A DNA stretch of 35,747 nucleotides, taken from contig NC_068988.1 of assembly GCF_001194135.2 (NCBI RefSeq), forward strand, positions 42,925,942 through 42,961,688, given 5' to 3'. Source of the stretch: Octopus bimaculoides (taxonomy: Eukaryota). The translations under genes were made by a program, and so were the position numbers. The notes under the pieces are model-generated. The model was not told the origin of the DNA. It did no database searches and saw only the letters and a list, made by a program, of their open reading frames with translations. This document shows, piece by piece, positions 1 through 9,420 of this stretch (positions are counted from its first letter, which is position 1; each line of letters opens with the position of its first letter).

Positions 1-77
<77 letters not shown>
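1..77. repeat. (GT)n microsatellite
   Basis: Pure GT dinucleotide run from the window start. Confidence 0.99.
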
Positions 78-78
<1 letters not shown>

Positions 79-816
79 TGTTATTAGAAATGAAGAATGT
101 TTCTGATATATGAAAAGCAATAGTGTATTGTCTTTGAAACATAAGATTGATGTAAATTCTAAACCATTCTTTCTCGGTACAAGAAAGCAAAAGTTTTGAT
201 GGTTGTGATGTAGAAATTGAAAGTGCTGCTGCCAAATTGGCGAAAACTTGGGAAGATGGTGACGGGTGTTTATGGCAATTTAGAAATTACCATGAAATTT
301 GTAAGTGCATAAATTGAGAGGAAATCTAACCATTCAAGAAGAGGCTAATTGCCATAACATCAGTTTATTTAGAATTACATATAATTATTTGTTGAACGCT
401 TTCAGTGAGCTTTGCTGCTGTTCAGATGAGACGTAATCTGTTGAGTTGATGTGAGTCTTATTGTCCCACTCACATATATGTATTTTCTCCGTGATTAGAC
501 GCTACCGCGTTGAAAAGAACACAAAACAAATCAACCCTTTATGTGGGGACTGAACAATCCTTAATTCGAATGGATAAATGAATTCTATTACCTTCGTTGT
601 GCAGTTTTTCATTCTTTCGTTCGTATGTCGAAATACATCCACCTATTTACGTATATAAATACATTCTTAAGTACATACATTCATACGTACATAGACACAC
701 AAACATACTCGCCCACGCGCGAACACGCACATGCGCGCGCACGCAAAAGGTAATTCGGTCATCCGAAACTAAGGTGGTGACCGACTTAAAATACGTATAT
801 AAGTATATAAGTATGT

Positions 817-1389
817 ATGTATCTGAAGGTGGGCAACAATGGTTGCTCACCGAAAGTTGCGGGGGAGGAGAAGGACCTTCTGGCGAAGGTGGAAGTGTGT
901 CCTATTCCAGTGGACCCTCCCCCAAAAAAGAAGAAAAAGAAGAACGGGACACGACCGGAGCCCGATAATGCACCACCGGCGTGTCCCGACGCTCCGTTGG
1001 TAGGAATTGTGTCACTAACGGAGGAAGGCCTGTCGGTGGGAATTGTGCCACCAATGGAGGAAGGGCTGTCGGTGGGAATTGTGCCACCGACAGTAGAAAC
1101 TGAGGCCTCGCCCTATGAGGAGGAGGAATTTGTAGTCCTCTTCCACAAGGGTGGGGCCGTTGAAAATTTTGTTAAAAAGTTTACCAGGAGGAGTCGGAGG
1201 AGAAGGATCCTCACCTGTACCAAGGACCCTGGTTGGCTTCCGCGGGTGACTGCGGAGGTCGTGTGGGAGACATACTTGTGCAATATGATGAATTCCTTCC
1301 CCAAAGACGCATTCCGCTACTTACTGCATTGGCCCGATGAAGGACCAGCGAGGTACTTAAGTGAAGCACAAAGTCTGGTCGGGCGGTAA
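817..1389 (+). CDS. Uninterrupted 190-aa ORF of unknown function, probably TE- or virus-derived. It has a PPPKKKKKK basic motif, in-frame 12-aa repeats, an acidic EEEE patch and an RRSRRRR patch.
   Basis: ATG-to-TAA ORF in non-microsatellite sequence that is roughly half G+C against an AT-rich background. AATAAA at about 1694 and a (TATG)n tail follow. No homology recognised. Confidence 0.45.
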   Translation: MYLKVGNNGCSPKVAGEEKDLLAKVEVCPIPVDPPPKKKKKKNGTRPEPDNAPPACPDAPLVGIVSLTEEGLSVGIVPPMEEGLSVGIVPPTVETEASPYEEEEFVVLFHKGGAVENFVKKFTRRSRRRRILTCTKDPGWLPRVTAEVVWETYLCNMMNSFPKDAFRYLLHWPDEGPARYLSEAQSLVGR

Positions 1390-1699
1390 AATGTAATAGG
1401 ACGAGTGCGTCATATTGAAAAGACGTGTGGCCCATGAGAAGAAAATTGTAAGAGGCAAGTGCCTCATTGCAAAGATATAATTGAAATTGTAAAGTAAGAG
1501 GTTAATAGCCTCAATTTGTAAATTTATGTATAAATTTATAAAAGAACAATGTTATAGAGAAGCAAAGTTCGGCGGGCGGCTTCTGTCTTCTCCCATTAAT
1601 ATCATCACGTTCATCATTCATCTCATCTCGTGAATGTGCTTGTCCAGCCTTCAGCTACTCCTCTGTGTACTGCCTTTATGGCAAATTGAATGAAATAAA

Positions 1700-1787
1700 G
1701 TATGTATGTATGTATGTATGTGAGGTATGTATGTATGTATGTATGTATGTATGTATGTATGTATGTATGTATGTATGTATGTATGTG
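1700..1787. repeat. (TATG)n microsatellite, interrupted by TGAGG
   Basis: Directly visible. Confidence 0.95.
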
Positions 1788-2545
1788 AGGTATAAAAGTT
1801 CCCTGTTCGGAGATATATGTTTAGGTATCAGCAGCGTTTTTGAACTCACGACTCAAGAAATACTCAACAATCATATCCATTTATTCATTTCACCTCCGCA
1901 CGAATGCATGAAAACAAATGTTTCCCCCTACTCCACACTCTCAACCCCCCAGGACAATACCTACGACATTTACACGAACACAGACACACACACACACACT
2001 TAAAAGTTATTTTGGGGTATCGCTGTTTTAGCGGGTCATTAGCTTAACATTGAGTAACTTCTCTTATCATTGCGAGGCCACGTCATGCTAAATTTATTTC
2101 CCGCCACCTCTACTGTATTACAACGGTTGAAACAATGGTAAGCTATGAGCTTTGATATACTTAAATATTTAATTTTACTGCTTTTATGACAAGGACAGTT
2201 GCGGGGTTTCTGTCCATTTATTTATTTGCCTTTGTCAAACATAGCTCTTTCACACTTTTTAATCTAACTATAAACTCTCCTCTTCTATTCTGTTCTGCTA
2301 CACTGCATAACTAAGTCAACCAGTCGTCGTGTACATAACTCTTATACACAGCTCATATTAGTATCTAACTAATTGCTGGATATGCTAGAAATAACAGTCA
2401 AATATCCTTCAAGTTACTGCCTAATTCTCTTAAAATTAATACACGGTTGGACAGTGCCGTCATAAACATGCTGCTTTAAAAAATGTTAGAAACACACGAG
2501 TAGTCCTTCATTGCTAGTTTCAATAAATCAAAGCTAAATAACAAA

Positions 2546-2638
2546 CAGCAGCAGCAGCAGCAGCAGCAGCAACGATGACGACGATGATGACGACACCGAC
2601 ACCAACAACAACAACAATGACGACGACAGCAACAACTG
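2546..2638. repeat. Compound trinucleotide repeat (CAG)n/(ACG/ATG/ACA)n
   Basis: Directly visible. Confidence 0.9.
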
Positions 2639-2659
2639 GTATGATCTATTCAAATATAA

Positions 2660-3540
2660 AGCCTTCATGTGATCACGTGCGTGAAGGTTTGATGACTGGT
2701 ATATTCTCATTGGAGAGTTCCGTACTCCTTTCGAGTTCTGTATTCCTGGTGTCAGAGCAGATTTGGTGTGTGGTGTTTGATCGAATTAACCTTTTATCAA
2801 AGGCGTTCTGGCCGTGACCATTTCTCCCTAAGGTTAGGAAGAAATGAAGAGTAGTGTCATCTGCATTAGAATGGGCGTTGTCGATCGTAGTCACAAGTAA
2901 GTCATTGATGCGTAGAAGAGGGAGATTTTGTGACAAAGCAGAAATCTGAAGCACACCGAAGTTGCTAGAATGGGGTAAAAAAAAGTACTCCGCCAACACT
3001 CGCGATTGTACAATCTGCGAGAAAGCAACCGATTTAAGAGACGAGAGACAAAGAGTAGCCACTAGATGCAGGCTCGTCACCAGATTTTGGTGTCTGAGAG
3101 TGCTTCAGAATATTCTGGGTGGGCACTAAATTGTGATAATACTTAAGAGGAGTTTCGAAACAAGTGTATTACTGTAAATCTGAGAGTGCACCATTGCGGG
3201 GAAGTGCCATCCAGTGGACCCTTTTGCGACGTGTATGCATTGAGGGACTCCTTCGTATACATACCTAAGCTCCAGTGTTTGACCAAACAGTTGGCTGCTA
3301 CAAAGAAATCAGAGCAAGTATTTGTGCAGAAAGATCAACGTTAAAATTTCTTATTACAATAAGGAAAGACTGCACTCTGCAAATCATCAAGCTGAAACTT
3401 CTAGAAAACCTGGCTTGGCCAGTAACATTGTAAATGGATGAGAAGCATGTTAAGGTTGGCTGACACGAAGCAGCTGAAGCTGTTCGAGATGATATGCAAC
3501 AGGCGAGGGCTGCAAGTTCAGTTGGGTGACTCGGAGAACG
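2660..3540 (-). pseudogene. Degenerate non-LTR retrotransposon reverse transcriptase fragment (CR1/L2/Jockey-group-like)
   Basis: Minus-strand translation GVLQISALSQNLPLLRINDLLVTTIDNAHSNADDTTLHF matches the RT signature GVPQGSVLSP-LFLLFINDLL----HSYADD-TLH, with YADD decayed to NADD. Weaker upstream matches (ELAAL, VKHWS) are broken by stops and frameshifts. Confidence 0.75.
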
Positions 3541-3664
3541 AACGATTTAGTCTTCGAAGAGGAGGGAGCGGATCGAATGTTAGTTAGATAGCGAAAGCTG
3601 CAATATTTTGGCCATATTAGCAGGGCCCAGAACTCAGGATTTTAATAAATTTGAATGATTATAA

Positions 3665-3757
3665 GGGTGTCTATTTACATCGGTTGTCAAGCGATGGTGG
3701 GAGGACAAACACAGACACACAAATACATACATACATACACACATACATATATATATA
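3665..3757 (-). mobile_element. SINE family A, partial 3' half running into a microsatellite and gap
   Basis: CATCGGTTGTCAAGCGATGGTGGGAGGACAAACACAGACACAC is the reverse complement of the family A post-microsatellite segment (compare 5585-5640). Confidence 0.7.
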
Positions 3758-4630
3758 NNNNNNNNNNNNNNNNNNNNNNNNNNNNNNNNNNNNNNNNNNN
3801 NNNNNNNNNNNNNNNNNNNNNNNNNNNNNNNNNNNNNNNNNNNNNNNNNNNNNNNNNNNNNNNNNNNNNNNNNNNNNNNNNNNNNNNNNNNNNNNNNNNN
3901 NNNNNNNNNNNNNNNNNNNNNNNNNNNNNNNNNNNNNNNNNNNNNNNNNNNNNNNNNNNNNNNNNNNNNNNNNNNNNNNNNNNNNNNNNNNNNNNNNNNN
4001 NNNNNNNNNNNNNNNNNNNNNNNNNNNNNNNNNNNNNNNNNNNNNNNNNNNNNNNNNNNNNNNNNNNNNNNNNNNNNNNNNNNNNNNNNNNNNNNNNNNN
4101 NNNNNNNNNNNNNNNNNNNNNNNNNNNNNNNNNNNNNNNNNNNNNNNNNNNNNNNNNNNNNNNNNNNNNNNNNNNNNNNNNNNNNNNNNNNNNNNNNNNN
4201 NNNNNNNNNNNNNNNNNNNNNNNNNNNNNNNNNNNNNNNNNNNNNNNNNNNNNNNNNNNNNNNNNNNNNNNNNNNNNNNNNNNNNNNNNNNNNNNNNNNN
4301 NNNNNNNNNNNNNNNNNNNNNNNNNNNNNNNNNNNNNNNNNNNNNNNNNNNNNNNNNNNNNNNNNNNNNNNNNNNNNNNNNNNNNNNNNNNNNNNNNNNN
4401 NNNNNNNNNNNNNNNNNNNNNNNNNNNNNNNNNNNNNNNNNNNNNNNNNNNNNNNNNNNNNNNNNNNNNNNNNNNNNNNNNNNNNNNNNNNNNNNNNNNN
4501 NNNNNNNNNNNNNNNNNNNNNNNNNNNNNNNNNNNNNNNNNNNNNNNNNNNNNNNNNNNNNNNNNNNNNNNNNNNNNNNNNNNNNNNNNNNNNNNNNNNN
4601 NNNNNNNNNNNNNNNNNNNNNNNNNNNNNN

Positions 4631-4905
4631 AGCTGCTCACTGGGACCGATGTAATCTACTTATCTCCTCTGCCGAAGTTGCTGCCAAAATTTGAAATCAT
4701 TATTAGCATAACGGTAAGGCGGCGTCTGGTTGAATCACTAGCACATCGGACAAAATGCAGCGAAGCAGTTTGTCCGTTTTTACGTTTTGAGTTGAAATTC
4801 TGCCGAAGTCATCTTGCTTTTATACCCTTTCCGGGGTCGATAAAGTACCAGTCGAGTACTAGGGTTCTTACCTAGCACTCTCATCCACAATTTCAGGCTA
4901 GTAGA
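4631..4905 (+). mobile_element. SINE family B: tail of one copy followed by a second, degenerate copy
   Basis: Contains GAGTTGAAATTCTGCCGA (B-box-like) and CCCTTTCCGGGGTCGATAAAGTACCAG, matching the copies at 12441-13585. Confidence 0.75.
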
Positions 4906-5347
4906 AATAGAAAGGCTTATTAGTATAAAAGAAAGAAAGAAAGAAAGAAGATAGAAAGAGAAAAAAGAAAAAGATGTCTTTATTGTCCAGTCGTTGAAAT
5001 GGCATACTTTCAGTAAGACCTGAAACAGCATGAGCCAACATGGGACCGTTATGTGGTCGTTCAAATTGCTAGAAACAGCAGCTAAAATTTCTCATAACCT
5101 ATCCGACAGTTTTAAGAATGGAAGGACAAATTACTTAACGCAGTTCTAGATAAACAAATAACTAAATAAATAAATAAATAAATAAAATACAAAAACCGAA
5201 TGACCACGGCCAGAACGTTTATGATAAAAGGTATATTTGATCAAATCTAATTAGAGGTCAAATAACAATAACGACGACGATAAAAAGAACAAAACAGCAC
5301 TAATAATAAGCACTATAACACATGTCAACAAAGAAGTCACCATTGGC

Positions 5348-5522
5348 AGGCGTCGGAGTGGCTGTGTGGTAAGTAGCTTCCTTACGAACCACATGGTTCC
5401 GGGTTCAGTTCCACTGCGTGGCACCTTGGGCAAGTGCCATCTACTATAGCCTCAGGCCGACCAAAGCCTTGTGAGTGGATTCGGTAGACGGTAACTGAAA
5501 GAAGCCCGTCGTNNNNNNNNNN

Positions 5523-5566
<44 letters not shown>

Positions 5567-5795
5567 TGTGAGTGTATATGTTTGTGTGTCAGTGTTTGTT
5601 CCCCCCACCCCCCAACATCGCTTGACAACCGATGCTGGTGTGTTTACGTCCCCGTAACGTAGCGGTTCGGCAAAAGAGACCGATAGAATAAGTACTAGGC
5701 TTACAAAGAATAAGTCCTGGGGTCAATTTGCTCGACTAAAGGCGGTGATCCAGCATGGCTACAGTCAAATGACTGAAAAAAGTAAAAGAGTAAAA
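5348..5795 (+). mobile_element. SINE family A, full-length, with a tRNA-like head and internal (TA)n/(TG)n
   Basis: A-box-like TGGCTGTGTGG and B-box-like GGGTTCAGTTCC, then GCACCTTGGGCAAGTG...GAAGCCCGTCG, a microsatellite, and a 3' half CGCTTGACAACC...CCAGCATGGC...AAGTAAAAGA. Repeated many times in the window. Confidence 0.9.
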
Positions 5796-5903
5796 CTGTA
5801 TGTGACTGTTCAACCTGCTAGAAATAGAAGCAAAATCTTTTTGTGTTATTAAAAAAACAAACAAACAAACAAAGTACACATTGCATACTGTAGTTATAAA
5901 TAC

Positions 5904-5906
<3 letters not shown>

Positions 5907-5957
<51 letters not shown>
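5907..5957. repeat. (CA)n microsatellite abutting an N gap
   Basis: Directly visible. Confidence 0.98.
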
Positions 5958-6386
5958 NNNNNNNNNNNNNNNNNNNNNNNNNNNNNNNNNNNNNNNNNNN
6001 NNNNNNNNNNNNNNNNNNNNNNNNNNNNNNNNNNNNNNNNNNNNNNNNNNNNNNNNNNNNNNNNNNNNNNNNNNNNNNNNNNNNNNNNNNNNNNNNNNNN
6101 NNNNNNNNNNNNNNNNNNNNNNNNNNNNNNNNNNNNNNNNNNNNNNNNNNNNNNNNNNNNNNNNNNNNNNNNNNNNNNNNNNNNNNNNNNNNNNNNNNNN
6201 NNNNNNNNNNNNNNNNNNNNNNNNNNNNNNNNNNNNNNNNNNNNNNNNNNNNNNNNNNNNNNNNNNNNNNNNNNNNNNNNNNNNNNNNNNNNNNNNNNNN
6301 NNNNNNNNNNNNNNNNNNNNNNNNNNNNNNNNNNNNNNNNNNNNNNNNNNNNNNNNNNNNNNNNNNNNNNNNNNNNNNNNNNNNNN

Positions 6387-6426
<40 letters not shown>

Positions 6427-7019
6427 CTACTTAGATAAATTTCGGCCAGAACTTAATAACACCACACACACACATACACACACACACATACACACGTATA
6501 TGTGTGTGTAAATGAAAAAAAAAGGAAAGAGAGAATGGTCACCGTTGGAATGCTTTTGATCATAGTTCTACTCAAGCAAAAGCAGCAACAACAACAACTA
6601 CAAAAAGAAACAATAACAATTATAAATAACACCAACTACAGGAATACCAACAGCATCAGAACATTTAGAGGAGAACCAAAGACCAAACTTAGACTAAACC
6701 ACAAAACATGTTAAAAATCTCAGTGAAAAGTTGTTATTCTATTTTTAGAAGACAAAATAGAAAGATAACGAAAAAGAAAAAGAAATGAAAGAAACCCCCT
6801 TATCATTCGCTCGTCCTTCTAAAAATGGCGACGCCCCACCAATATGTCTGACAGCTGTTTTATTTCTCATTACATATGGCTGATATTCAAAAGGTGCTGG
6901 TGCTGTTGTGCTACTTTCATATCAAAGCAACTAAAATATGTTAGTTAACCTCAGCTCAGCTTAGATTAATCTCTCTCTCTCTCTCACTTTCCCTATGCAA
7001 CTCTGTCTACGTCTCTGTT

Positions 7020-7073
7020 CCTTTCTGTCTCTCTTTCTTTGAACCTCTATGTCTCTGTTTATCTCCCTCTTTT

Positions 7074-7131
<58 letters not shown>

Positions 7132-7368
7132 CAGCTATCTTTCTCTTGTATATATCCTTCTCTTCCATCTTCGATATACATCATTTTCATTGCCCCCCCC
7201 CCTCTCTCTTTGTCGTCTTTTCTTCTCTTCTACTATCCCTCTCTTTTCCTCTGAATTCTATCTATCTATCTATCTATCTCGCTAATTAATTAGACGGCAC
7301 GTAAATTGCTAACTAATTATCTAGTTGGCTAATTGGGGTTCTTGGAAAATAGCTGCCCTCTCTTACCC

Positions 7369-7405
<37 letters not shown>
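7020..7405. repeat. Polypyrimidine tract with (CT)n and (TATC)n microsatellites
   Basis: (CT)n at about 7085-7125 and (TATC)n at about 7260-7280 and 7370-7405. Confidence 0.9.
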
Positions 7406-7985
7406 TTACTTATGTATCAAAATATTGTTTTACTGTTTAATATTGACCTTCCGGTTCAACCTGACATTAATTTTCTCCTCTATATTTAAAACTGAACTTT
7501 TTAAACTGATTCTTCGAATCAACTTTTGATTAATACGTAGATCAAACATTAATTCGCTAATCCCAGTTAATGAAATCGCTTGCAGGTCGTTTCTTATTTA
7601 TATATGTCAATTAACACTGATTATCATAATAAACACCACAGAAGTATTCCATCTGAAGTTCTTTATGGGATGCCACAGAAATTGATCCTTTTATTCATGC
7701 GGCTGGCCCTTGGTCTGCGCCTGTGCTAGGCAGGCCATAACGGTATCTTCCTGTAGCTAACGTTTTGCCGTTCTTCTTAATTTTGTTTTTGCAGCTACCA
7801 TCTTGTTTTGGAACGGAGCACTCCGTAACTTGCTGTTGAAACTTTTATCAAGAATGATGTATCTGGGATATGTTTTTTGTTGCACCTGTATAATAATATC
7901 CATAGCGGGTTTCGAGTTAAGTATTGTCCAGCTGGCAAAACATCCGTCTACTTACAAAAAAAAAATTCTATGTATTATATACATC

Positions 7986-8985
7986 CCGTATATACTCGGC
8001 TGTAAGTCGCACTTTTTTTCCTTGAAATTTTCACCTAAAGTTGGGGGTACAACGTATAAGCGTATCCTATAAAAAAAATCTTCAGATATTTTCTAGGTAC
8101 AAGCCACGTCTAAAGTTCTAACACTTCGAATAACCGAAAAAACCCGAATCGCTAATTCCGAAACCGATCTTTAGATATTTCTTTATATATTTCTTTACTT
8201 CTGTTAGTATGAAATAAACAATTTTTAAAAAAGTGAGTTTAATGCTTGTTTGTTTTTGTACTGTACCTATCTTTCTTTAATTAGATGCCATGTTACTTGT
8301 TCGCATGAAGATAAAGAGGAATTTGTATGATATCACTTTTAAGCTGGAAGTTGTTGATTATGCGACATCGCATTCGAATCGAGCTGCAGAAAGATAATTT
8401 GGGGGTCTCAGAAAAAATGGTCAGAGATTGGCGTTTGAAAGAGGAAAAATGAAATCCGTTGATGTCAAAGCGTTAAAGAAATTTAGGATAGGAATGAGTC
8501 CCAATGAGGAGTTGGAAACTATTTTGAGAGACTGGGTGACTGAAGTACGCACGAATGAACTTGTCGTCACGAGAAACATCATTAGATAGCGAGTTCTCCA
8601 AGTGACCAAAGAACATGGTGTATCCGACTTTAAAGCATCCCTTGGCTGGAGTACGAGGTTTATGAAACGTTACAGTCTTACACTGAGACAGAGGACTACC
8701 CGCGGACGTAGAGAGCAAAGTTGATTTCTTCCATCGGTATGTAATAGACCTACGAAAGAGCCACGAGTTTGCCTTGGAACCAATCAGTAATATGGACGAG
8801 ATACTCCTTTTTATCGATATGATTGGAACTCGGACACAATTTCGGTAAAAACTACGGGGATCGACAAGGCCCACTTCATTGCAATTTTGGCTTGTATGGC
8901 TGACTGTACGAAACGTATCCCGGCTGTTGTTTTCAGAAGACCTTTCCGGAAGCGAAGTTTCTGAAGAGCATAGTGGTGTATATTC
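7986..8985 (+). mobile_element. pogo-superfamily (POGK/Tigger-like) DNA transposon, left end and transposase 5' part, interrupted by a SINE
   Basis: Left end CCGTATATACTCGGCTGTAAGTCGCAC resembles pogo/Tc2-type TIRs and is followed by a transposase remnant. No matching right TIR was found in the window. Confidence 0.8.
8305..8985 (+). pseudogene. pogo transposase remnant (Brinker-type DBD + CENP-B-type HTH + start of the DDE_1 domain)
   Basis: Translates as YDITFKLEVVDYATSHSNRAAER*FG-VSEKMVRDWR (BrkDBD-like), ELETILRDWVTEVR...FKASLGWSTRFMKRYSLTLRQRTT (HTH_Tnp_Tc5-like) and ISNMDE...KTTGIDKAHFIAILACMAD (DDE N-terminal part). Contains stops and frameshifts. Confidence 0.85.
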
Positions 8986-9143
8986 AGGTGCAGGCGTGGC
9001 TGTGTGGTAAGTAGCTTGCTTTCCAACCACATGGTTCCGGGTTCAGTCCCACTTTGGGCAAGGGTCTTCTACTGTAGCCTTGGGCCGACCAAAGCCTTGT
9101 GAGTGGATTTGGTAGACGGAAAAGGAAAGAAGCCCGTCGTATA

Positions 9144-9203
<60 letters not shown>

Positions 9204-9420
9204 NNNNNNNNNNTTTGTCCCCTTACCATCACTTGACAACCGATTTTGGTGTGTTTACCTCTCCATAGCTTAGCGGTTCGGCAAAATAGATCAATACAAT
9301 AAGTACTAGGTTTACAAAGAATAAGTCCTGGGGTCGATTTCTTCGACTAAAACAACCCTTTAAGGTGATGTTTCAGCATGACCGCAGTCAAATGGCTGAA
9401 ACAAGTAAAAGAATAAAAGA
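8986..9420 (+). mobile_element. SINE family A, full-length, inserted in the pogo transposase
   Basis: Same head, internal (TA)(TG) and 3' half as 5348-5795. Confidence 0.9.

Larger units (their letters stand above)
750..1790 (+). mobile_element. Unclassified retroelement-like insertion (ORF + LTR/3'UTR-like segment + (TATG)n tail)
   Basis: Compositional island with a 5' hairpin (755-784), the ORF, and a segment starting TGTAAT at about 1392 that contains TATAAAAG (about 1537) and AATAAA (about 1694) before the TATG repeat. Confidence 0.4.

Noticed and set aside
597-968. 123-aa ORF overlapping the unknown ORF
   Set aside because: It has a non-ATG start and its first half is simple CA/TA-rich sequence. 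It is probably an alternative-frame by-product of the GC-rich element.
3651-4875. Long ORFs of 317-406 aa, and similar ones spanning other gaps (5881, 13829, 17234, 23456, 24972, 29460, 33239)
   Set aside because: They are open only because they run through N gaps (X residues) and microsatellites.
5348-5420. Functional tRNA gene
   Set aside because: It has Pol III-like boxes, but no complete acceptor or anticodon stems, and it continues into SINE body sequence repeated across the window.
8473-9030. 185-aa minus-strand ORF
   Set aside because: It is the antisense shadow of the plus-strand pogo transposase remnant and SINE head.
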